DNA of 63,738 bases, counting the filler, from Sphacelaria rigidula (Eukaryota), in assembly GCA_964200075.2 (NCBI GenBank). It is 5 parts of 5 records of this genome, joined end to end, with 100 filler letters (N's around TTAATTAATTAA, not from the genome) between each part and the next. Parts side by side here need not be neighbours in the genome. Positions count along the whole stretch, not along the records: positions 38,308 to 50,975 come from CAXNAA020003523.1; positions 51,076 to 63,738 come from CAXNAA020003524.1; 3 more parts are not named here. One strand, given 5' to 3'. Below the pieces are notes generated by a model. That model was not told where the DNA came from and ran no database searches. It was given only the letters and a program-made list of their open reading frames with translations. The position numbers were made by a program, and so were the translations under genes. This document shows, in pieces, positions 38,836-51,352 of this stretch; positions within the stretch are counted from its first letter, which is position 1; every line of letters starts with the position of its first letter.

Positions 38836-39920
38836 ATTAGGGCACCCGACCCTACAAAACCGGAACGGAACACGCCGGATTCTCGGCAGACCCGGCTACT
38901 GCCCGATTGGGGAGGGTAAAATAGCCGTCATTGGAAGAGCTGTGTGTACGACATCCACAGGGGTGGAGTCTACTAAATTTCCTTTAGTGAACAACTGGCG
39001 GTATATTTGATTCAAAAGAGGTACAGTATGCAGTATTCAAGCTAGACTGGGCAAGGAGAACCGACCATGTACAATTTCCAGCGGGGACAAATACCAGCGT
39101 GTTCCTACGAAACATAGCGGTCGCACAGACCCTGTGGAGATGAAAGTTACTATTTTGCATGTTACGCAAGGACAGTCATGTCTCAAACCATGGGACAGGT
39201 ATCGTAAGGACGCCTGCACGAATATGATCTTGATTTGCTTCGTCCACACATGCCGCCTCAAGATGAAATCGTCGTATCCCCACCTCAAACAAATTCAGCG
39301 GCTGCCATGCGTCGTTTCAGTCCGTCGCATACGTGTGGAGATACTCGTGAGCACATGCACATGGAAGGGCGCCTTTGAGGTGAACACCCTGCCCCGACGA
39401 TCTCCTATTCTACCTTGATCAAATACAGGAGTGTACAGCCGCTTGCTGAACGCAGAAATATGGGTTGGTGTCATTCCGGACACCGCCCACAAGCCCAAAC
39501 CTGGCTCGACACGGTACTTGAACATCATTCTGATGCCCCGGTTCTGTGTGCGACCCATTACTGATATTTTACAGGATATCACAAACGCCTGTATCCATCG
39601 TGGACTTCGTATTTTTCACAGGAACGACGGCAGTGAAAACAAGGTTTGGGTCAAGATGAATAGCGTGGGCTTGCGAGTTGTTTGGTGGCGATTCCGTCTT
39701 GAACGACATATAGAATGAAGCACACAGCTATAGCTGGTGTCCGGCCCGGCACCATCGTTCGATTTTCAAGCCTTCCAACTCAAACACCGAATACAAACTA
39801 ATATAGATTTGCGACCGACCGCCCGTAAATCATACCGACACTACTTTTTGTCTATTTGCTGCGCCTTGACTCCTTTACTCCTTCACTCCTTCACTCTTGC
39901 ATTTCATCACCATTTCGCAG

Positions 39921-40365
39921 ATGAGGAATACGAATTTTGTGCGTGCTATGTCGAGAAGATGTTGCTGATTGCAGACGAAGAATTGTGCGGCGTTGTAAGT
40001 GCAAAACTGCCGGCTAGTCGACGATTTGCTGAATGCCTGCCCTGCACGGGAGAAGGAGACGGGTATTGCGGCTACAGTGATATGCACCACAATGAAGCAG
40101 TATATCCCACCACATCGGTCACTGTTCACAGCTTTTACCTTGCGATGGTAACCTGATTCTGTTTCTTCTGTCATTTTGTTCTATGTGACTATGGCAGCAT
40201 TGCAAACCTCGAATGAAGTCGGATACCCATGTTGTAGACTGGTTTTCGTTCTTCACAAGAGCAAAGAGGGAAATTGTCCAATGCACAGCATGTTACACAT
40301 ATGTACCAGCTAGCACAATCTCTCTCGTGGCTATCAACACTCTCCTCCGAGAGACTGTAATTTGA
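39921..40365 (+). CDS. Tentative 3' exons of an unknown Cys-rich protein
   Basis: Exon 39921-39994 has a long polypyrimidine tract, a CAG acceptor and a GTAAGT donor. It is followed by phase-0 exon 40198-40365. The join reads EEYEFCACYVEKMLLIADEELCGV|HCKPRMKSDTHVVDWFSFFTRAKREIVQCTACYTYVPASTISLVAINTLLRETVI*. Confidence 0.4.
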
Positions 40366-40880
40366 ACCCTGGTTCGCTTCACCACTCTCGCACCTACCCC
40401 TCATCTTACAAGAAGAACCATGTCATTTGCCCACATCCTAACGGGGGAGTGTTATTCGCCGTATACGCAACCTGTAAGCGGACAATGTCTACACCCTACT
40501 TTAGGGCAGCGGTTAACTATAACGTCTAAACCTTTGGGCATGTGTATATAATTCTTCCAAGACTTGTGAGATTGATACATTGACTGACTATCGCACATTA
40601 TCTGAGTGCCGTGGGATACAGCCGTCATCTATGAATTAGATCCAACTACTCAAGGTGAACAGAGACAGTCGCCAAAGGAAACTCGAGAAAGGAAAAAGAC
40701 AGAGGTGGAACAAGTGGAGTACTTGCAAGAAATGAGATGCAATGACAATGCAACCGAACATTCCCTCCCCCACCGCACTCGACGCGAAGTGTTACACACC
40801 ACATCTATAGATATAGGCTATGAAGTAACGTCACCAAGTCACCAACGGCCGAGGTTGCTGACATTACTTATCCGGTATTG

Positions 40881-41210
40881 GGGTAGAGTATTGAGATTGT
40901 ACTCAAATTACCCAAACCTAGGGTAGAATATTGAGATCACACCCAAGTCAACCCAAAAATTGAGCCGAGTATTGAAGTCATACCCAAATGACAATCTATA
41001 CCCGGGTATTGTTGAGAGTATTTACCCAATGTTTGGGTAGAGTATTGGCACCATACCCTACTCTACCCATTATGTGGGTGGAGTATTGAGATCACACCCA
41101 ACGTTACCCAATTTTCGGGTAGAGTACTTGAGGTCATCCCCAATTTACCCAAACTTCGGTAGAGTAAATTATATCAGGGTACTCAAGAGTACACACCCTG
41201 ACCCAACACG
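40881..41210. repeat. Degenerate 40-41 bp minisatellite (GGGTAGAGTATTGAGATCACACCCAA..TACCCAA)
   Basis: About 7 units starting near 40881, 40921, 40962, 41035, 41076, 41117 and 41158. Confidence 0.8.
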
Positions 41211-41508
41211 CCCTTGGAAGCTTTCTATGACTGAAAGTATAGAAATATACCAATACTTGACCCGTCGTGATTCGAACCCACTACTCCGCCGAAACTGGCC
41301 AATGATGTACTGGTATAATTTGACGACCGAGGTGCAACAATATTGAAGTCGAAAAGGCTGAAAAATGGCCACTATACCATAGTACATTAGCTTGGGGCGG
41401 AATATGACTCTCAAGGGACTTGATTGGTCGAACCCGCCCGTCAACCTGCTGAAACCTCTATTTGGCGTCCTCGCTCCACGGAGTTTGGTCCGATTCTCAC
41501 GAAAGCTA

Positions 41509-41554
<46 letters not shown>

Positions 41555-41910
41555 TCCCCTCAACCCCGCCCCCCTCCCCCCCTGGCAACCCATTCTTTCA
41601 CCACCGCTCCTCTNNNNNNNNNNTGTCTCCCTTCCCCACAAACCAAACCCCCCCCCCCCCCCCCCCGCCCCCCTCCACCCAATTTTATATGGTGTCTATC
41701 CCTTACTAGGATGGGAATTTTGACTGTTTGCCCGCTGTAACATCGAGTTTAACACATTCGAGGTGCACACTGCCATCATTCATTCGACGAAGGGTCAATA
41801 CCAAAATTCCCACCTTGAATTTCGCATCTTTTGCTCTGACTCTTCCTTTTTCACCCCATGTTTTCTTTTTCTTTAGCGAGTGTTTCAGTTTTGTTCACCT
41901 CGGGTACGCC

Positions 41911-41967
41911 CATCTCATGGATAATGACAATCTTATGGATAACGACCATCTTATGGATAATGACCAT
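41911..41967 (+). repeat. 18-bp tandem repeat x3 (CATCTTATGGATAATGAC)
   Basis: Directly visible. Confidence 0.8.
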
Positions 41968-42674
41968 AGAGACCACGGGTGGATCCCTCTATCATCGATG
42001 AATGCGCATCGATCGACATCGAGGAATTTTCAGCCAAGGTATATCTTTTCTTCCTGTATAAAAACGAACCTCCAAGCCGTGGAGCTGCTCCAAGGCTACG
42101 AGAGGAATATCCGTGCGGGAGACAACACATGCCACGCTTTCGCGCAAAATAAGACCTGCCATATGATGCTGTCTAAATTGGAGACATGGTTGAGCATAGA
42201 CCTAGAGCAACTCGAGGTATCATGGTAAACTTGCGTCGAGTGACTGACCGGCGCCTACAGTTTGATGCTAAGACATTCAAAAGGCGAGACGTTCCATTCA
42301 ACAAGATAAGGCCCGGCCCTCCACCCCGCGGATTAGGAAAGGTGAATATTTTGCCAATTGGTGTGCCTCGTGAGCGTAGATGTCTCCTACATCTCTCAAG
42401 AGAGTATTTGAGCAATGGAGCTTGCACACAGCGTACTTTCAATCGAAACGGCTGTTTGGCAAGTCGGCCGCACTTGGCTATTGGAACTGCATCACGAAAG
42501 TGAGATACCGCAGCAGCAACCCAGATTCAAGATCAGCCTCCATAATTCAATTTACTGCACGTACTGATGCCGCATGCATTGGATGCTCCTTCAAGACCAC
42601 CCGCAATCAAACTACACCTACTGACACTGTGCATTGCAACACCTCGTCACCAACGTGTTGCAAGGGATTCTCAC

Positions 42675-45600
42675 CATGTTTCCCACGCAGGAGGGAAAGT
42701 CGCCCGTCAGCCGATTCCAGCCCACATTCAATCCCTCCAGGTTAGTTAGTGCGCTGAATGACAGCGGAATCGAGCCGGTCAGCTCGTTGGCGTTAAGGTA
42801 TAGCTCACGAAGATTACACAACTGCCCCAGGCCTGGAGGAATGGTCCCGGAAAGACGATTGCCGTTCAAGAAAAGCTCACGTAGACCGTGAAGCTGGCTG
42901 AGCGACTCCGGAATAGGTCCTTCGATGAAGGGTCCGACGTACGATCGGAGGGAGGATAGCACGTTCCAACGATGGGCAGCGGTGAGTTGATCTGGTATCG
43001 AAATCTAGCGATAGTTAGCTGAAGTACTTTGACTTGTGGAATCCGTCACACGTGTAAGCCCTCCCGTTCCTCTGGACGAGTCCTTGGTCTCAAGGACTCT
43101 ATCCATCTCCAGTATTAACCACGGTACACATCCCATCTCCGGTCTCTACGGTACACACCTTACATTTTCCTATCGCAGATTGGATCAGCACCTCCGCACT
43201 GCATCGAAGTTTTCTTAATAATGTTGCCTTGCTACCCCCGTCTCCACGCTGTAAACCATGTCAGGGATATACTAATTACTGTTCGGCCGCCACTCCCATG
43301 GCCTTGGAGCCAAGCGAATTTAAAATTGGCTCAAAAACGCGGATATCCATTTGCCGGGATTCGAACACGCATTCTTCTGCCTCAACAGGTCAACAGGTGT
43401 CAGCTGTACACGTACCAAATGGGCAACCGGGCCGCGGCGGCATGTGCGTGTCACACTCCATCACACCAGCGTGTCGTCGATGTGAATAACTGACGCAGAT
43501 GAGCTACACAAAGGGCGGATAGCTACTACCTCGCTACCATAGTAGTGATGCTCGCGAGTAGCACTGTGCCACGCCAGACACGGCACTCTGGGGGAAAGTA
43601 ACGGGAAAGCAGCGAGCTGGTGGGTGCCGCCGTGTACTACGGGAGAAACAGGGCCGAAATTATGTACTACTCTACACTACACATTGTACGACACAACCGG
43701 GGATCGAATGAATGAAAGGATGCGGGAATCACACACGCCCTTCAGAACTACGAATGTCCAAACTACGCAATGGCAGCCTTGATTAAGACACGGACGGCGT
43801 ACGGCTTTGACCAGCTTGTGCCCAGGTAGGCAAGCTCCCTTTTACAATGAAACACGTGTACACCCGATAACAGTTTTCGGATCGACAGTCTCGTTCACGT
43901 GAAGATGACGTGCTCCAGGGAGGACCTACATATGAAGGAATGTTGAGGCGACTCTTTCCGCCGCGTAGGGGTGAGGATATTTCGGCGCAGTTTCACGTTA
44001 TCTCCGGTGTGTTGCGTCGCCAAGCCATGAGTATTCGCAGAGGAGTTGCCAATGGGTTTTTCGCATTACTTGCTAGTCATCCCCCGTTTCCCTGCTCCGC
44101 CATCAACTTTGAGAGAATTATTTGTAACTCCGTCATATCGACGGGGGCCGTGATTCGAACCCAAGTTCTCTGTTCAGCAAGCATCCAGAGTGATACCATG
44201 GTTCGCCAACGTGAAAAGGTGATGAGACTTCAACAGGCACTTGTCGGAATTGTTTGCTTCTTTTTTATGTCGCTGTATCCTCATGTAGAGGTTGTCGTAC
44301 TTGGTGTAATTGGTGCACAGTAGGCACACTCACACCAAGGCAAGATTTTCAAATTCTTAGTTGCTGAACAGTTCACACGTTGCCCACTCCAATATTGGAT
44401 GCGCTTGAGGGATCCTAACAAATCAAGTCAACACCTCGAGCACTGGGGTTACAAACGAAATGTAATTTCGAAGGTCGCTCGCCCGGCCATCCCCGACCTC
44501 CGAGGTTTGGGTTGGCCAATCAAATCAGTGAGTGCACGCGCCTTTAGCCCGCCTAAAAAACCCATAGATCTGGCCTCACCTTTACAAGCGGCCCAACGCT
44601 CCACTATCGCTCAAGATTCGACTGCCCAAAATGAAAATGGTAAAAACTGTGCCATACAGGCCTGGCTCAAGGAAACTATGTCGAGAATATTTCAAGAGTC
44701 TGGGCACTGCCTCTCACAAAGCTTTCAACGTGAGCAGCTGGCTTCCGCACGAAGGGTTGCATTGGGCACGAGACCCCTTCCGTACAGAGCTGTGTTTGAT
44801 ATGACTAGATGGGAATGTATCGAGATGATCATGCGCAACGGCCAACTCTGGCTCACGGAGAGCCTTGTTCGACAGAACGTAAAACGCCCCCCGAAGCGCG
44901 TCGCATTCCGAAGCTTCTGCTGTGTCGCTACCTCGCACTCGTTGCCTCGCACACTTTCATACTCCAAGGCAAAGGTCAAGGGCGCAACGAGTTATTCAAT
45001 TTGAAGTGATAATTTCATCTCGAGAAAGTGTATGACGAACACATGACTGCCTATTCGAATTAGTTCCCAACTCTCGGTGTATCAGTTTCCGTCCTACCCC
45101 CACCTTCCCCGTTCATCCCTCATCCCTAGTCAGGGGCATGCTCTTTCGTTCGTTTTCCTTTCGGGGCCGACACTGGACTGCTAGACCTTGCTTACCGGCA
45201 TTTCTTGTTTTGTTTTACTTTTCGCTCTACTTTCCTTTCCTTTCCTTCCTCTTTCCCCCCCCTGTCTCACTTCACTCATTGATTCCCTTCCCCCTCCCTT
45301 CCCCCTTTTCCACATCTTCTATTTCTCAACTTTCCTTCATGGCGTTTTTCCTTTTCATGTGTTCACCTTGGGCACGTCCATCCTATTCCTAAATTCCACG
45401 TCCAACTTCGTAGCGGACGAGATGATGCGCGACAACCAACCAGTCAAATAGGCGACACGCCAACAAACGCTCACTTCTTCCTTCCGAAAATCATTCTAGA
45501 TGAAGAAAATACGCATAAGACGGTTTCTGTGCACAAACACGTCACGCATCCGATTATATCCGACTTCTGACGACTGAGAAGGTGTGTTTGAAGTGGTCGT

Positions 45601-46075
45601 GTCAACACATGAGGAACAAACGAAAATATAACTTGCTCTATAGAAGAAGACAGCCATGTGTTGGTATTTTCAGCTTGGCCCTGAAGGTACGGCTCGTTGC
45701 AACCCCTTCATGAACTTTGCGAAAGATGAAAATGTCGGCAGAACAAATCGTGAACACTTTCGAGACGAGCTTGCACACACAAAAAATGCACATATATGGC
45801 ATCGAACGTAAGCCATCCGAAAACCAGCGCAGTTGGAGCGACTTCACCTGATTTCTTCATTGCTATTAGTACTCCGCCTAAGGATCTGTACCAGTTACGA
45901 TTGTACTACTTGTTCCAAGATGCTCACCATGGATGTCGCAGCTGTATAAATGTAATACGCTGAGGTTGGCCATGCTGCCGAGCTCTGGCGGCAGCAAACC
46001 AGTGACCCCAAAATTGTAGGACATGTTGAGCTCAGTAAGGGTGACCAGGTTGGAGATGGTGCGGGGTATCTCTCC
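42675..46075 (-). CDS. Leucine-rich repeat protein (plant-specific 24-aa LRR type), partial
   Basis: Exons 46075-45928 and 42919-42675 join in phase 1 to give GEIPRTISNLVTLTELNMSYNFGVT/GLLPPELGSMANLSVLHLYSCDIH/GPIPESLSQLHGLRELFLNGNRLS/GTIPPGLGQLCNLRELYLNANELT/GSIPLSFSALTNLEGLNVGWNRLT/GDFPSCVGNM. Tentative upstream exons 46903-46858 and 46581-46534 give an LRR N-cap-like SWRGVAVNG...RVR. Confidence 0.85.
43060..43432 (-). mobile_element. SINE family 2 copy in an LRR gene intron
   Basis: Minus-strand GTGTTCGAATCCCGG B-box, CAGCTGACAC shared with about 22245-22255, and body CGCAGATTGGATCAGCAC. Confidence 0.55.
44740..44915 (+). pseudogene. Fragment of the LINE family A reverse-transcriptase C-terminal region
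   Basis: TRPLPYRAVFDMTRWECIEMIMRNGQLWLTESLVRQNVKRPPKRV aligns by eye with SYRDVLKMTSYEHTKTIVGKLQLW...LVRQDEARLPKRI at about 18640-18770. Confidence 0.7.
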
Positions 46076-47254
46076 CTGACAGGCAATAGCAGAAAGGATG
46101 GAAGGGCGTCAGTTGTGCCGACCGCGCGAGCGAGGCATCATTTTTAGTGAAGAATGTCCCAGCTGGTCTCAGGACGTCACCAATAGAGGCTGGTACCCGC
46201 TGGTCGGTTTCTGTGAGCACTCGAGTGCTGTACAAGGTGTTTTCGGAGGTCTTCCTAGGGTTTGGCGCATACCAAAAAATGTCTTGTCTTTTCTGAATAC
46301 CTGATACAAACCATTTACGCTCGTAACCTTGATGACGACCGAGTCAACGGTACATTATTCGCTCGGCTTCACTCTTCCTGTGAGAACCGGGAAGGCGTGA
46401 TACCCCAAAAGAGATTCTTACAAATACCGGCCGTGACATGCGAGCATACCTATCGCTCAGGTCGCTTGTTCAAATGTCGTCGGCAGTTGTAGACGATCTT
46501 GTAATGTGCTGTTATCGATAATATGACACGCACGCTCTGACACGGGGCCTCCCCAACGAGACACCGTTAACAGCCACTCCCCTATTCGGCAAATGGTGAA
46601 GTGTGGAGGTGGTCGAGGAGGGAGAGTGGGCGTACATAATCGTGAATGATGCTTGAACTACGTTTTTGATTGATTGATTGTCGCATTTCAACTGACCCCC
46701 CAGGGGTCCAGCCGTGGTTGGATGATAAACATACCCGAAAAAGCAAAACTCAAACATTCGCTCAAGAAATTAGGTTGTTGATAACACCAATACTACTATA
46801 TTATGGAGTAACTAATCACCGCGCTGAAATCGGGTTCTACTTCGATGCCGCCCTCACCTCCACGAATTTGCCATCACAGCGCCCCAGTGGTCAGGTGACA
46901 TAACTGACATCATGAAGGTGAGAAAAACACGCCTTCAATTCCCGCTGGATGCGTATGGTTTGCTTTTTCTCCCAGAATTTTTTCAACTTGGGTCTTGTAA
47001 TGTAAAACGCGGGGACGTGAGTAGCAGAAAGAGTATTTTCGACTGATCATGAGTTTGTTGGACGAGAGTCGACGCGGTGCGGGAGTGCTGATGACAGTCA
47101 GCATCCACTTCACGATAGCAAAGTGTGAGGCGTGTATCGGAGGAGAGATAGGCTGATCCCTTGAGGCCATGGGCAAGTCCCGAAGTTGAGGAGTTACAAG
47201 TGAGGACAGAAGGGAAAAAAAGCGGACTCGGGTGATTGTGCTGACGGCCACGAG

Positions 47255-48431
47255 GGCGGGAGATTGTTTTCATGATTCTGCACGGCGTACTAGTACGACC
47301 ATTAGCTTCGCGTTCCTACAAAACCGGGATGGAGCCACCGTGTTTTCGCTGGACCAGGTTTAACCACCAAGAGCGAAGCTCCGTGATATGTTCGGCGAGT
47401 CGCATGAGGCATGACCTACATCCTGTTAATTTTTTTGGCGCGAAGCGTACTGGTTATCATGCATGTGGATGGCAGCCTCCAATGAGATGCTCCATTTCTG
47501 ACATCGTCACTTCCAGAGACAGCCACGGGTTACACTACCTCATGGGCGTTTCATCATTTCGACACTACGTGGTACGATCATGCCCAGTGCGTGGAGATGA
47601 GGTTCTCTACCTTACATAACTTGACTTCACTCCAGCACCATGAGCTACAGCAAAACTACGCAAGTGAGAAGAAAGCGTGCCGTGTTTACATGGCTTTCGC
47701 AGTGAGTGGCGTGTTGTACAGCGTCGTTGCCAACCGACGCGAACCCTTCAAGGGAGGACCAGGAGGGGTTGCATAAGAGTATTTGCATTTGCACTGGATT
47801 GAGTGTCAACCGGTGCGCGTGAATTTCGACAGCGGCGTGGAGAGAACGTCCTCAGTGATGGGTACCTTGCACAACAGAGGTCTGCGTTTGGGCCAAAGTA
47901 CTACTACACTCGCGTCTTTCTCTTCTTCGTCACACTTCCAACGACGATGTAACATATGCCTCTCACTGCGTATGCTAGGCAACCAGATCACCCTTTTTGC
48001 TGCGCTTGCGTTTTTTTTGCGGTAAGCATAACGGTGGTCGAGCTACATCATTTTGTGCGGGGTGAGGGAACCTCGATTCCGCGCAAACGGGATCATCATA
48101 CTGCGTACTGTTTATATGGTGAAATACCCGTGGGGCAGTATGTAAGCCGTGGCTGTCGCTGGAAGTGGTGCTACCAGAAAATGAAGCGACTAATCGAAGG
48201 TTATGATCCAAATGCAAGATGATCAGTACTTTTCGGACCGACTAATCTTACAAGGATGCAGCTCAACCTTCATGCGACTCGCCGAACACATCACAGCGCT
48301 TCGCGCTTGGTGATCGATTGCGATCCTGGGCCGGCAAGAACCCGGCGTGTCCCGTCCGGAGTTAGCAGGGCTGCGATGTCAGTGGTCAAATGACGACGGC
48401 ATGTAAGATCATGAGTACACCCCCCCCCCCC
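47255..48431. mobile_element. Two family-C retroelement copies in inverted (head-to-head) orientation
   Basis: 47255-47750 matches 38326-38835 directly. 47945-48431 matches it in reverse complement and ends CATGAGTACACCCCCCCCCCC. Confidence 0.7.
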
Positions 48432-48844
48432 TCCCTCAGGACGAGTTTGTAGCCTCAAGGGACCATCTCTTCCCTTCCCCGGTACATGCCTGACATTTCG
48501 GTATCGCGGATTGGATCAGCACTCTGCCATTACCGCACAGCGTCGACTTCGGTTGAGTCTTCTTCGCTACCTCCGTTGAAGAATGCGGAAATGACATTAT
48601 CCTCATGAAAAAAATGTATCTGCTGGGATTACAACCCTCAAGTTCGCCCTAGCCGTTGATGACTTTTCTGAAGCCGAACAGGGCTAGTCAACAGTACGCT
48701 GATGGTAAGGTTTCATTCTTTTTTGCACCTCGCCCCATGTACCGAGTTTCACGGCCTTCGATGGTTCTGCTGCGTACAGTGAAACAGTGACACAGATTAC
48801 TGCAGACAATCCGTGGGTCACTGTCGCGAAAAACGTAGAAATAC

Positions 48845-49657
48845 GGCATCTTGGAGTCGACGAGAGGGCGGAAGACTTCCAGGAGGCGTGGTGACGCGAA
48901 GGAAAACGGACATCGAACTTTCACCACAATGGAGAGACTGCCGCGTCGCGAGCCGCTAGTCGGAGAGCTTCCGCGGCGAGAAATCCAGGATGCAAATGGC
49001 CGAGAAACCATCGTGCTTTGTACCCGACTAGGGATGAGTAAGAGGAGCTGACTCAATACGGAAACGGATCCACCCCTACTCTCCTATCGGTTGTTGACTT
49101 CTTCCTTGGTCGTTGGTCTCCCGTTGTTCCGTGGTTGTGCGTTTGTACCTTCTCCACGATGCTCCACGATGTTCTCGGCCTTCATCGTTTCCGTTTCTGC
49201 CTCCTTCTCTGTTTTTTCTCCCTATCTATCGCTCGCTTTGCGTGTTTTGATCCTCCTGATGTATGCACGTCGCACTTTGGTGCCTCGCTTCGGCAGGGTT
49301 CATGAGTGAGAGCTCATACCCAAAGTAGTGAGGCAGAAGTAGCTGAGCCGCAATATTCCCCCACGCTCTTGTCTTGGTGTGAGTAGGAGTGCATGTGCCT
49401 TTGGCGCAAGACCTTTTCCACCTGAGGCCATGTTGCAGAGGCCGGTTTTCTACAGGGGTTTTCTCTGCTCGGTTTTTGTTTTTTCTTCTTAGTCCACTCT
49501 GTCTGTTCAATCGTTCTGTTTTCTCCATCATTCTACGGCAAGCGTTTCCGTTTTCGTTAAGCTTGGGTGCGTCTATCTTGTGGACAACGACCACGACTAA
49601 CGGCCACGACGTGGTCCATGGGGAATCACTTCATGTGCGACAATCGATACATCAATC
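48845..49657 (+). mobile_element. 5'-truncated LINE family A copy (ORF end and 3' UTR)
   Basis: Collinear with the reverse complement of 17057-18440 (CTTGGAGTCGA, AATCCAGGATG, TACGGAAAC...TATCGGTTGTTGAC, CACCTGAxGCCATG). Ends GTGCGACAATCGATACATCAATC. Confidence 0.75.
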
Positions 49658-50012
49658 GAAGCAGATAACTCTGAGAACGAAACAGGACGCAGCACAGTGA
49701 ATGCCCCCTACTGGAAGTAAAGTGCATGCCGCCGAAACATCATTGTGCCCCACGAACACGTAGGCAGCGATAGGGAGGATACACATATCTCTACAGCAAG
49801 CTCTTGTTTGCGTACACTGCAGCTATCGGCATTCCGCTGCATTGCCAGGGCCTTTGCGTGCCTTCTCATGCCGGCAACAAGACTGTACTGCACACAATGC
49901 ACCACACGTGCGCATAATGCAGTAACCTGCATGGAAAGCCGGAGGACACGGAGTGGTGCTGCTCCTGCGCTAATTTTTTTTGTGCAATACAAGGCTGCTG
50001 CCAACACAAGTA

Positions 50013-50288
50013 CAGGGTAATTCAGCCATGCTACGATAGGCAGGGGGGGGGAGATGTTCGATTCCACAAAAAAAAGTGCTCATGAATGCGTCAAACGACC
50101 CAAAACACCCGCGGTGGGCTTGACTTTGGGGGAGAGCGGTGTAAAACAGTATGAATAAGTGTTTTTATCGGGAGCAAGCGCGCTCGAACAACTGTTAGCT
50201 GCTTTCAACAGCGATTGAGGTGAAATTTCGTGAAAGAGAACGGCCCAAAATACCACCCCCATCTTATCGTAGCATAACTCAATTACTG
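50013..50288. mobile_element. MITE-like element with imperfect terminal inverted repeats of about 35 bp
   Basis: Left end GTAATTCAGCCATGCTACGATAGG..GGGGG; right end (reverse complement) GTAATTGAGTTATGCTACGATAAG..GGGGG. TA on the left flank. Confidence 0.6.
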
Positions 50289-50975
50289 TTACGCGCTAGG
50301 TACGGTTACCGGTCGCGACTCTCGGCTGCGTCCATCTGTCGCTTTGTGCAAGCAATCTTCAATCTTTTGGAATAGATTGCTCTGCTTCACATCGCGCCTG
50401 TAATTTTCCTATCCTTTCTTACATTGGAATGGAATAGAAAAGGGACAGAACAGACAGACGCCCTCACAGTTGTTGTTGTTGTTGTTGTTGTTGTCTTTAC
50501 ATAAAAAAACGTTCCTATCTGCGCGGTACATTCGCACTGGGCATCTGATGCGGACGCCTTCCGTGGTCACAGGCTAGCAGAAAAAACAGAAAAACAAAAT
50601 AGACCCAGATGAAAAAAAACTCACAAAACGCGATACAAGAAAAACAGGAATAAATAATAACGAAAGGGAGCACATATGGCTAACCCCAGAAGATCCGGTG
50701 CCGCAGGTGGCCATTCAGACTTCAGGGGGTGGCACTCGGTTTTTCAAGTCGACGCGCGACAAGTAGAAATGAACCTAGGGTCCGACTACGGGCGAGACTC
50801 AAGGCCCCAAATACCGCCAACCAAAGGACCAAAGAACTCAGAATCGCAACGTTTCATCTTGCGGCCTCTCGAGGGACAGCCATACATACAAGCATACCAG
50901 GTGTATCAAGACAAGAACTGCATGACATAACGACACCCCTCATCGGGGGGTTCACCATAGGGCGCGGTCAATTCC

Positions 50976-51075
50976 NNNNNNNNNNNNNNNNNNNNNNNNN
51001 NNNNNNNNNNNNNNNNNNNTTAATTAATTAANNNNNNNNNNNNNNNNNNNNNNNNNNNNNNNNNNNNNNNNNNNN
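50976..51075. other. Artificial contig linker
   Basis: N-run + TTAATTAATTAA + N-run. Confidence 0.97.
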
Positions 51076-51251
51076 CGAGTGCTTATGGAAAATGTTATGC
51101 GGAAACAATCCGAAAATAGGCCATCCGCAGAAAATGCTAGACTGAGGTCTATGCAGTATAGGAGGGAAACACGATCTCGATCGTTATTGTGACGAATTTG
51201 ATACGCATGAATCTATTTGAATATTTACCGTTTCGTCGCTGAAGAGGGGGG

Positions 51252-51352
51252 AAACTGCTGATATTGGATAAAAAACGGTCAATAAAACCCTCATGATGAA
51301 CAAAACTGCTGATATTGGACCAAGAACGGTCAATAACACCCTCCTGATAAAC
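51252..51352 (+). repeat. Tandem duplication of about 51 bp
   Basis: AAACTGCTGATATTGGA...AACGGTCAATAAxACCCTCxTGAT occurs twice. Confidence 0.75.

Noticed and set aside
40881..41210. Possible CRISPR-like array
   Set aside because: Units are contiguous degenerate tandem repeats with no unique spacers. There are no cas genes and the context is eukaryotic.
44399..45004. 201-aa ORF as a host gene
   Set aside because: The only recognisable part is a LINE RT C-terminal fragment, and it lies antisense in the LRR gene intron.
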